Below, piece after piece: positions 18,393 to 26,235 of a stretch of 64,000 bases of DNA (position 1 is its first letter; each line of letters begins with the position of its first letter). Position numbers and translations under genes: made by a program. The notes under the pieces were generated by a model. It saw nothing but the letters and a program-made list of their open reading frames with translations, was not told the DNA's origin and did no database searches. Source of the DNA: an uncultured Pelagibacteraceae bacterium (lineage in GTDB: Bacteria; Pseudomonadota; Alphaproteobacteria; Pelagibacterales; AG-422-B15); contig CABYSM010000003.1 of the NCBI GenBank assembly GCA_902521655.1, positions 15,297 through 79,296 on the forward strand. The letters run 5' to 3'.

Positions 18393-19208
18393 GTGGAACA
18401 AAAGAACAATACATTGTTAATCTACACATTATTGTATTTTGCATTTTTATATATCCCTGTTTTATTCTTGCCAATATTTAGCTTTAATGATGCAAATTAT
18501 ATGTCATTTCCACTTTCAGGATTTACAACAGAGCATTATGAAGAAATGTGGGCAAAAACAAATTTACATAAAGCTCTTTGGGCTAGTATCAAAGTAGGTA
18601 TAGTTGCAAGTGTTGTCAGTACAACAATTGCACTTTTCGCAGCCAAAGCATTTGCACGTTATAAATTCAGAGGGCAAAATATTTCTTACGGGGCCATTAT
18701 GATTCCTTTTTTAATTCCAGAAATTATTTTAGCGGTTGCAATACTTGTTATTTGGTTAAGCCTTGGTTTTAAATTAGGACTTGTACCGGTAACTTTAGGA
18801 CATATTCTTTTTTGTACTCCATTTGCAATGCTTATTTTAATTGCTCGTATAGAAGGCTTTGATTTCTCACTAGAGGAAGCATCAAGAGACCTTGGGGAAA
18901 ATGCCTGGGGGACATTTTATCGAGTATCTCTTCCATTATATCTACCAGGTATAATTGCCTCACTTTTATTGAGTTTTATAATTTCATTTGATGAATTTGT
19001 TCTTGCGTTCTTCTTAACTGGAAGCGATGCAACATTGCCCATGTATATGTGGGCTCAAATGAGATTTATTCAGAAACTACCGCATGTGTTGGCTTTAGGT
19101 GCGGTTATAATTGTGTTTACTACTTTTATAGTTTTGTTAGCATTCTGGTTGAGAAACCTTGGTCAAGGAAAAGAGAAAGCTGAATTTGGAATAAAAATAC
19201 ATGAATAA
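18393..19208 (+). CDS. ABC transporter permease, PotC-like
   Basis: 271 aa with a GTG start directly after the upstream TAA. The EAA loop is EEASRDLGENAWGTFYRVSLP. Confidence 0.8.
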   Translation: MEQKNNTLLIYTLLYFAFLYIPVLFLPIFSFNDANYMSFPLSGFTTEHYEEMWAKTNLHKALWASIKVGIVASVVSTTIALFAAKAFARYKFRGQNISYGAIMIPFLIPEIILAVAILVIWLSLGFKLGLVPVTLGHILFCTPFAMLILIARIEGFDFSLEEASRDLGENAWGTFYRVSLPLYLPGIIASLLLSFIISFDEFVLAFFLTGSDATLPMYMWAQMRFIQKLPHVLALGAVIIVFTTFIVLLAFWLRNLGQGKEKAEFGIKIHE

Positions 19209-20283
19209 TTCTTTCATACAGATAAACGGAATTTCAAAGCATTTTGGAAATGTTAAAGCGGTAGATGATGTCTCTTTTCAAATCAAAGAGGGAGAGTTTT
19301 TCTCTCTACTCGGCCCATCGGGTTGTGGTAAAACAACTTTACTGAGATTGCTTGCCGGCTTTGAGTACCCAACTAGTGGCAACCTATTACTTGATGGCAG
19401 TGATATTACAGCATTACCTCCTGATAAAAGACCTACAAATATGGTTTTTCAGAATTATGCAATTTTCCCACATATCAATGTTGAAAAAAATGTTCAGTTT
19501 GGTTTGAGAAAACTTGGCTTAACAAACGATGAAATTATCAAAAGAGTTAAGGATGTTTTGTCGTTGGTTAAATTAGAAGGTTATGAGGAACGCTATAGCA
19601 GCCAACTATCCGGGGGTCAAAGACAAAGAGTGGCATTAGCGAGAGCTTTAGTAAGGCAGCCTAAAGTATTATTGCTGGATGAGCCACTTGGAGCATTAGA
19701 TAAAAAGTTACGTGATGAAATGCAACTCGAACTAAGAACTCTTCAAAAAGAGATTGGAATAACTTTTGTATTCGTTACACATGATCAGCAAGAAGCCATC
19801 AGTATGTCTGATCGAGTTGCGGTGATGAGTGAAGGCAAAATTCAGCAGATGTCATCTCCAAATGAGTTATATAAAAACCCTCAAAATATTTTCGTGAGTG
19901 ACTTTATTGGTGAAACTAATTTTTTAAAAGCTAATACAGGGTCAAAGGATGGAGAATATATTAATGTTAACATTGAAGATCTTGGTTCGTTCAAAATAAA
20001 GAATAATCTCAATATAAGTGAAAATGCCTCAGAAGTTATTTGCAGTGTTCGTCCAGAGACTATGATGATAGACACAGAAAAATCAGACTGGGATATTTGC
20101 TTAGAAGGTAAAATTAAGCAAACATCATATTTGGGTGAAATGACAAAATTTTATGTTGAAACAAAAGAAATAGAAAAAATTATAACTGTATCATCACAAT
20201 ATTTTGATAATCAGTCTTTCCAAGATAGCAAATGCTTTATCAGCATAAACTTAGCTGATATTTCCTTACTAAATAAAAAATAG
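19201..20283 (+). CDS. ABC transporter ATP-binding protein, PotA-like
   Basis: 360 aa with Walker A GPSGCGKTT, signature LSGGQRQRVALARAL and Walker B LLLDEPLGALD, plus a C-terminal regulatory/TOBE-like extension. Confidence 0.85.
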   Translation: MNNSFIQINGISKHFGNVKAVDDVSFQIKEGEFFSLLGPSGCGKTTLLRLLAGFEYPTSGNLLLDGSDITALPPDKRPTNMVFQNYAIFPHINVEKNVQFGLRKLGLTNDEIIKRVKDVLSLVKLEGYEERYSSQLSGGQRQRVALARALVRQPKVLLLDEPLGALDKKLRDEMQLELRTLQKEIGITFVFVTHDQQEAISMSDRVAVMSEGKIQQMSSPNELYKNPQNIFVSDFIGETNFLKANTGSKDGEYINVNIEDLGSFKIKNNLNISENASEVICSVRPETMMIDTEKSDWDICLEGKIKQTSYLGEMTKFYVETKEIEKIITVSSQYFDNQSFQDSKCFISINLADISLLNKK

Positions 20284-20334
20284 CCTGTCCTCAAGAGAGA
20301 ACAAGCTATTTTAAATTAGTTAACTAGTAGTGTA

Positions 20335-21423
20335 TTAGCCGCCAGCTACCATTTCAGCCCACTGAGCTTCCATGTAGTCAGTCACTTCGTCAGACGGCAT
20401 CACAGAGAACATTCCATTATTTAAATGTTCGATAGGATTTGATGCAACTCCACGTTCAGCTAATTCGTCAGCTGTAAGTGTGCTAAATCCAGCTTTATTA
20501 CTGTGTCCATAACCCCACTCACTTAATAAGTAAGCAGATGTTTCAGCACTAGTAGCACCATTGATCATCGCGTATGCTTTATCAAGGTCTGCACCTTTAA
20601 CAATCGCAAGACCACATGCCCAAGTCATTGTGCCATTGGAAGGCTGCATCATTTTTGCACCTGCACTCCATGCTATTTCGTTCCATCCAAGAGCTACGTC
20701 TATTTCTTCGTTACCTAGCGCTTCGATCATTGAAGAAGTATCTCCAAAGAATGCACGAATTTGACCATTGTCTCTCATTTCACGAAACTTATCGATACCT
20801 TGATCAATTGCAGCTTTTGTTAATTGATCTTGCTCTCTTATGTCAATTCCAAGATGGTGCATCATTAAAAATAATGAGTCTGCAGCAGAGTCTAAAATAC
20901 CTACTTTACCTTTTACTCTTGGGTCTTCCATTAGAGCAAAGCTTTCATTTGAGGCGTCCATCCAATCAATCCTGTCTGCCATGTAAAACAATGTAGTATC
21001 TCCCCAGTCGACTGGCGCAAAATAATGCTTACCATCAACCATGCCACTTGGCAGGTCTCTAACTTCAGGGAACATGTCATTCCAGTTTTCAATTCTTGAT
21101 GGATCAAGCGGCTCTAATACGCCTGCTCTTACCCATCTTTTTATTTCACCTTGACATGGCCATGCTAAGTCAACTTCAAAGCCTGCTTTTAGTTTTTGCA
21201 ATCCTTCTTCAGCATCACCAAATATTGAGTATTCAGGGGAACCGTGCTCTTCAGCGTATGTTCCAAATAGACCATCATCATCGTAGCCACCCCACAGGAA
21301 TACAGATCCTGGCTCATCTGCAAAAGCTTTAGTTGTTGACGTTACACCAGCGATAAAAACAAACGATAGTGATACAATCAAAGCTTTTACAAAAGAATTT
21401 TTCATTTCTTTGTATTTTGGCAT
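20335..21423 (-). CDS. Periplasmic substrate-binding protein of a PotD/PotF-type ABC importer
   Basis: 362 aa with a signal peptide ending TKAFA|DEPGS. It is an acidic, Trp-rich mature protein, convergent with the potBCA-like genes. A GAGGAAG Shine-Dalgarno lies 7 nt before the ATG. Confidence 0.7.
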   Translation of the reverse strand: MPKYKEMKNSFVKALIVSLSFVFIAGVTSTTKAFADEPGSVFLWGGYDDDGLFGTYAEEHGSPEYSIFGDAEEGLQKLKAGFEVDLAWPCQGEIKRWVRAGVLEPLDPSRIENWNDMFPEVRDLPSGMVDGKHYFAPVDWGDTTLFYMADRIDWMDASNESFALMEDPRVKGKVGILDSAADSLFLMMHHLGIDIREQDQLTKAAIDQGIDKFREMRDNGQIRAFFGDTSSMIEALGNEEIDVALGWNEIAWSAGAKMMQPSNGTMTWACGLAIVKGADLDKAYAMINGATSAETSAYLLSEWGYGHSNKAGFSTLTADELAERGVASNPIEHLNNGMFSVMPSDEVTDYMEAQWAEMVAGG

Positions 21424-21458
21424 AATTAATCTTCCTCTTTTTTTTATTTATACCAAAA

Positions 21459-21486
21459 ATTGTACACCTATAAGGTCGTTGGTCAA
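21459..21486 (-). promoter_or_regulatory. Candidate sigma70-type promoter for the binding-protein gene (TTGACC-N16-TACAAT on minus strand)
   Basis: The reverse complement of 21481-21486 is TTGACC and of 21459-21464 is TACAAT. It lies in the 67-nt gap between the amidase stop and the SBP start. Confidence 0.45.
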
Positions 21487-21490
21487 TATA

Positions 21491-22987
21491 TTAAAGGGGA
21501 ATCAAGGGACGATTTTTGTTTGAATTAAGCCATGGATCTAACATTTCGTAGTTGTACCCACCCTGGAATACTAATTCATCGCTGTAAGATCGAGCAATAA
21601 TTTGGATTCCTGTTGGAATATTGCTAGAACTTAATCCTGAAGGGACTGATAGGACCGGTAATTTACCTAACATATTAAATGGATGTGACATGACCCAAGA
21701 AAAATCTGCACACTTCTGCTCTTTATTATTGATAATGATATTTTCATTAACAATATCAATATCAGCCTTAATTGAAGGTAAGGAGTTTGTAGGACATATA
21801 AATAAATCGTAACTGTCTAATATTGGTCCAATTTCTGAATACATTCGGCCTGTGATCTCTGAGCTTTCAATAACATCATATCCAACATAAGCCCCTATTT
21901 GATCATGATAGTACTTCTCATTATTTTGTATCGCTCTGATATGTAATTCAGGGACTTCAGCAAACATTTTTGCATAATCAGTTAATAGTTTTTTTTCATC
22001 GTTTGAAAATTTTGCTATTAGGCCATAAAATGAATTAGCGTAATGACTAAAGCAAACTGAATTTACTTCATCTCGATTCCAATTTAATTTTACTTCTGTA
22101 ATTGTTGCACCAAGAGCCTCAAATTTTTTTAGAGCCTCCAATGTATTTTTTTCAACTTCTTCATCCACCTCAAAAAATCCAAGATCAAGTGAATAAGCAA
22201 TTTTCCAGTTCTTAATATTCTCAAACTTATTAGGAATAATTTTTTTGGGTCTGAGTGAAGCAATATCATTTTTATTTGGACCACTCATAACATTTTGCAT
22301 AAGGGCACAATCACTAACTGTTCTCGCAAGGGGACCAACAACACAATACGGATCGTGATTAAAAGGATAACCCATTGGATTTCTTCCATAGGGAGGTTTG
22401 TAACCAACGACTCCGCAGGCCCCAGCAGGGATACGAATTGATCCACCTATATCACTACCAGTTGCAAGTGATGCACAACCCGACGCTAGTGCAGCAGCAC
22501 TCCCCCCACTTGAACCTCCCGGTGTCATATCTAAGTTCCAGGGATTTCTTGTGACGCCATTAACTTTGGAATGGCAGAATGATGTAAGTGAAAATTCTGG
22601 GTTAGTTGTGCGTGCATGAATTATTGCACCAGAGCTTACAAGGGACTCTACATCTACATCAGTTCCTTCTGCTATTACGTCTTTATAGATTAAGCTTCCA
22701 TTCTTATTAGGTTGTCCCTTTATATTAACTTCATCTTTAATTGCTAAAGGTAAACCTTCCAAAGGCAAAGTAGATTTATCTTCTGTATATTTTAATTCTG
22801 AATGTTTCGCTTCTTTCAATGCTTCTTCAAAGCGAAAAAAATTAAAAGCATTAATTTTTGGGTTTACATTTTCAATTCTTTTTATTGTCTCATTTAATAG
22901 CTCAACTGGAGACAAAGATTTATTTTTAAATTTTTCCAGGGCTTCAGAAGCTGATAAATAACAAATATCGAGGTCTAAACTACTCAT
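21491..22987 (-). CDS. Amidase-signature (AS) family amidase
   Basis: 498 aa with the AS motif GGSSGGSAAALASG, GSDIGGSIRIPA and the upstream catalytic Lys context LAIKDEV. Confidence 0.85.
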   Translation of the reverse strand: MSSLDLDICYLSASEALEKFKNKSLSPVELLNETIKRIENVNPKINAFNFFRFEEALKEAKHSELKYTEDKSTLPLEGLPLAIKDEVNIKGQPNKNGSLIYKDVIAEGTDVDVESLVSSGAIIHARTTNPEFSLTSFCHSKVNGVTRNPWNLDMTPGGSSGGSAAALASGCASLATGSDIGGSIRIPAGACGVVGYKPPYGRNPMGYPFNHDPYCVVGPLARTVSDCALMQNVMSGPNKNDIASLRPKKIIPNKFENIKNWKIAYSLDLGFFEVDEEVEKNTLEALKKFEALGATITEVKLNWNRDEVNSVCFSHYANSFYGLIAKFSNDEKKLLTDYAKMFAEVPELHIRAIQNNEKYYHDQIGAYVGYDVIESSEITGRMYSEIGPILDSYDLFICPTNSLPSIKADIDIVNENIIINNKEQKCADFSWVMSHPFNMLGKLPVLSVPSGLSSSNIPTGIQIIARSYSDELVFQGGYNYEMLDPWLNSNKNRPLIPL

Positions 22988-23039
22988 AAGATTATTTTAT
23001 TTTAATTTATTAATTAATAAAATATATTGAATTCACACC

Positions 23040-24134
23040 ATGATTGATCAAAACATTAGAGACATTATTAAAAACCAAGACCCTTATACAGGAATGGATC
23101 AGCTTTTTTTCACTAACAAAGCATTGTTTGATCTAAGTTATGAGGCTGTTTTCAAGAAACAGTGGGTATTTCTTACTCATCTATCTTATTTTAATGAAAA
23201 CAATACATTCATTTATCAAATTAATGGCGGATTTGTTGAAATAAAAAAGTCTAAAGATAATAATTTAACTATCTCATCATCTTTACCTGATTTCAAATTT
23301 CATTTAAAAGTTTATGAAAGCTTAATTTTTGTCAACTTTTCTGAAGTACCATATTCATTTGAAGAATTCATAAAACCACTAGAACCATATATTAAAATTC
23401 ATGGCCTGAATGACGGCAAGATCGCATTTCAAAAAGACTTTATATTTAATGCTTCTCATCTCGCAACCATTCACAACTTCAAAGAATGTGCACATTGTTG
23501 GGGAGGCGAGTTTACTCACAAAGATTATTTAAGTGTTCATGGAGAGGCGTATTGTAATTCTTATGGAGCTGGGGTTGGCTCAGGAATTGAATCTCCTGAA
23601 TTCAATCAACGTATAAAAGATTGGACATTTGAAAGTCAAAATAAAGGTTTGTTTGTTGGCGAGTACAGTGAAGACACCAATAAATATTTTAGAATTGCAG
23701 AGCGCACTCCTTTACCTGAAGGCATACTGTCTGAGACAATGGATGGTAGCTATTCATGCTCTTCATTAATGGGTGACTTTAAAACTATAGGACCAGATAA
23801 TGGTTATACCGCTATTGGTTTTAGCCCATTCAATAGCTTTGTTGCCAATAATGAATTTGTAATTCTTTTTTTATTTACTCCTGTTAGTCAAAATAAAACA
23901 ATCGTTACTCAATATTGGGTTACTCACAAAGATGCTGAAGTTGACATTGATAAAATGATTTTTCTTTGGGACCAAACATCAACAGAAGACTCCCAATTGT
24001 GTGAAATGAATCAAAAGGGCATTGAAAGTCGAGCTTATCAGCCTGGAAAGTATGGCGAACTTGAGACAAGTTTGGTTCAATATCAAAAGTTCTATCTAAG
24101 TCATTTACAAAATCACGTTAATGGACTGACTTAA
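23040..24134 (+). CDS. Rieske-oxygenase alpha-subunit paralogue lacking the Rieske cluster ligands (catalytic SRPBCC-type domain only)
   Basis: 364 aa and collinear with the 14860 protein (FKKQW, LIFVNF, NFKECAHC, ERTPLPEG..L..T.DG, WDQTSTED..NQ). It has no Cys in residues 1-149 and carries a deletion of about 40 aa where CxH...CxxH should be. The Fe motif is altered to H152-x7-H160. Confidence 0.65.
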   Translation: MIDQNIRDIIKNQDPYTGMDQLFFTNKALFDLSYEAVFKKQWVFLTHLSYFNENNTFIYQINGGFVEIKKSKDNNLTISSSLPDFKFHLKVYESLIFVNFSEVPYSFEEFIKPLEPYIKIHGLNDGKIAFQKDFIFNASHLATIHNFKECAHCWGGEFTHKDYLSVHGEAYCNSYGAGVGSGIESPEFNQRIKDWTFESQNKGLFVGEYSEDTNKYFRIAERTPLPEGILSETMDGSYSCSSLMGDFKTIGPDNGYTAIGFSPFNSFVANNEFVILFLFTPVSQNKTIVTQYWVTHKDAEVDIDKMIFLWDQTSTEDSQLCEMNQKGIESRAYQPGKYGELETSLVQYQKFYLSHLQNHVNGLT

Positions 24135-24148
24135 GTCAGAGATATAAA

Positions 24149-25519
24149 ATGAAAGTTGCTACACAAGCTGAATTTGATGAAGTATTAAGTCAGCACAATA
24201 ATATTCAATATGTCGATGCAATCTTCACAGATTTATGTGGTTATGTAAGAGGAAAACGTTTCCCCGTCCTTGAAGCAAATAAAATTTTTTCAGATGGCGT
24301 TCTTCTCCCATTCTCCGCATTTTATCTAGATGTTCTAGGAGGAGTAACAAACACCCTAAATCTAGGTTGGACAGATGGTGATCCTGATGGTGTTCTGGTT
24401 CCTGTTAAAGGAAGTATTAAGCCAGTCCCGTGGGATGAACGCTTCTTACAGGTATTAATCACAATGAGAAAAGAGCAAGAAAATTGGGGAGTGATACAAG
24501 ACCCATCTGAGGTTGACCCTAGAAATATTCTAAAAAAAGTTATGAAGAATTTTAAGAACACTGGATTGAAGCCTGTGGTTGCTTTTGAATTAGAATTTTA
24601 TCTTTTAGACAAAAATAGGGATGAGTTTGGGAAACCAATACCTGCTGAAGGTGCTAATAAAACTCATGTTTATGGCATACCAGACCTTGATCTCTTCGGT
24701 AAGTTATTTGATGATATTAACAAGAATTGCGAAATGCAAAATATACCAGCGACTACTGCTTCAAGTGAATTTGCTGCGGGACAGTATGAAATTAATCTAA
24801 AGCACACTGGAGATCTTCTAAAAGCCGCAGATGATGCTGCTTTATTAAGACGTATTATTAAAGAGACAAGTGAACGACATGGCTATGAAGCAACATTTAT
24901 GGCAAAACCCTTTCTAGATCAAACTGGTAATGGAATGCATCTTCATCTCTCCGTTTATGATGAAAATGAAAAAAATATATTTGCTACTTCCAATCGTTAC
25001 GGAAATAAAAAATTAAAAAGTGCTATAGCTGGTTTTCAATCAATGTTTTATGATAGTTTTCCAATCTTTATTCCAAATCGAAATGGTTACAGAAGAATAG
25101 AAACAAGAAATTTCGTTCCTGTTAATACAAGTTGGTCCTGGAATCGAAGAGATGTTTCATTAAGAATACCAGCTGGATCAAATGACACAAAAAGAATTGA
25201 ACATCGCGTAGCTTCATCAGATGCTAATCCTTATCTAGTCCTAGCATGCTTATTAGCAGGGTTGCATAATGGCCTTACTAATGAATTGACCCCATCGAAC
25301 CAAGTTGATTTCGATAATAATGAAGGAGCGGATAAAGAAGCTGATATTGATATGCCAAAAAATATGGACCAAGCGTTAGCGCGTTTCCAATCTTCCAAAC
25401 TATTAAAAAAATATCTTGGGAAAGAATATCTTGATCTTTACACTGCTGCAAAACAAGGTGAAATTGATCATGTCGAGTCAAGTTTTGTTCCTCGAGAGGA
25501 ATATGATCTCTATTTATAA
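24149..25519 (+). CDS. Glutamine synthetase-family ligase (PuuA/GmaS-like gamma-glutamyl-amine synthetase type)
   Basis: 456 aa with GS catalytic-domain stretches: EFAAGQYEINL, KPF..QTGNGMHLHLS, RIPAGS...RIEHRV.SSDANPYL. It has no GlnA-type adenylylation loop that I can recognise. Confidence 0.75.
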   Translation: MKVATQAEFDEVLSQHNNIQYVDAIFTDLCGYVRGKRFPVLEANKIFSDGVLLPFSAFYLDVLGGVTNTLNLGWTDGDPDGVLVPVKGSIKPVPWDERFLQVLITMRKEQENWGVIQDPSEVDPRNILKKVMKNFKNTGLKPVVAFELEFYLLDKNRDEFGKPIPAEGANKTHVYGIPDLDLFGKLFDDINKNCEMQNIPATTASSEFAAGQYEINLKHTGDLLKAADDAALLRRIIKETSERHGYEATFMAKPFLDQTGNGMHLHLSVYDENEKNIFATSNRYGNKKLKSAIAGFQSMFYDSFPIFIPNRNGYRRIETRNFVPVNTSWSWNRRDVSLRIPAGSNDTKRIEHRVASSDANPYLVLACLLAGLHNGLTNELTPSNQVDFDNNEGADKEADIDMPKNMDQALARFQSSKLLKKYLGKEYLDLYTAAKQGEIDHVESSFVPREEYDLYL

Positions 25520-25521
25520 TC

Positions 25522-26235
25522 ATGACTGAATTACTTTTTAACAATGACGCTTACCTCACTCAGTCTGAAGCAGTTGTTACAAACGTCGATCAAAACTCTA
25601 TTCAATTAAATCGAACAATTTTTTACGCTGAGTCAGGCGGACAGCCGGGTGATCAAGGAGAGATCATCCTAGGAGATCAAATTTATAAAGTTACTGACAC
25701 CCAGAAAGGTAATTCTCCAAATGAAATTATTCATTTAGTCGACGGTGATATTGATCAGAGCATTGTTGGTAAAGAATGTGAGATTAAAATTGATTGGGAA
25801 TTGAGACAAAGTCATATGAGAATGCATACCTCATGTCATATTCTGTGTAGTTTGATTGATGCTTTAATTACAGGTGCTTCAGTTGGAGCACAAAAAAGTA
25901 GAGTTGATTTTGATGTTGACCCGAGTTTGCTTGATAAAGAGGCAATGAATCAACAGATTGATGAAATTATTAAAAATAATTTTCCTGTATTCACAAAACA
26001 AATTTCTGGAGATGAATTTAGAGATAACCCTCATTTAGCAAAAGGCGCTGCTGTTAGCCCTCCTATAATTGATAACAAAGTACAAATTGTTCAAATCGGT
26101 GATGATAAAATTTTAGATATACAGGCGTGTGGAGGCACTCATGTGAAATCAACGGGTGAGATTGAAGGATTAGAGATTGGAAAAATTGAAAATAAAGGTA
26201 AAAGAAACCGAAGAGTAAACATAAGATTTAAATAA
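25522..26235 (+). CDS. AlaX-like protein (threonyl/alanyl-tRNA synthetase editing / SAD domain)
   Basis: 237 aa with zinc motifs H-x3-H (HTSCH) and C-x3-H (CGGTH). It starts 2 nt after the GS-like stop, and its own stop overlaps the next start (TAATG). Confidence 0.7.
   Translation: MTELLFNNDAYLTQSEAVVTNVDQNSIQLNRTIFYAESGGQPGDQGEIILGDQIYKVTDTQKGNSPNEIIHLVDGDIDQSIVGKECEIKIDWELRQSHMRMHTSCHILCSLIDALITGASVGAQKSRVDFDVDPSLLDKEAMNQQIDEIIKNNFPVFTKQISGDEFRDNPHLAKGAAVSPPIIDNKVQIVQIGDDKILDIQACGGTHVKSTGEIEGLEIGKIENKGKRNRRVNIRFK

Noticed and set aside
20317-20326. 10-bp palindrome TAGTTAACTA in the 51-nt convergent gap between potA-like and the binding-protein gene
   Set aside because: It is short, almost entirely A/T, and contains stop-codon-rich sequence expected by chance in this composition. 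It has no flanking T-tract, and the neighbouring imperfect TGTCCTC/GAGAGAACA pairing is too weak for a terminator call.
20561-21332. Three plus-strand ORFs (67, 126 and 78 aa) inside the binding-protein gene
   Set aside because: They lie antisense to a well-supported, comparatively GC-rich CDS. They are low-complexity, Leu/Ser/His-rich translations with no motifs. They are explained by the scarcity of stop codons in GC-richer DNA.
23026-23032. Isolated ATTGAAT/ATTCAAT half-sites, also at 29081-29089, as further operators of the TetR regulon
   Set aside because: No partner arm lies at the 7-N4-7 spacing. My rough composition-based estimate suggests several chance occurrences of such an AT-rich 7-9-mer in 64 kb, so lone half-sites carry no weight.
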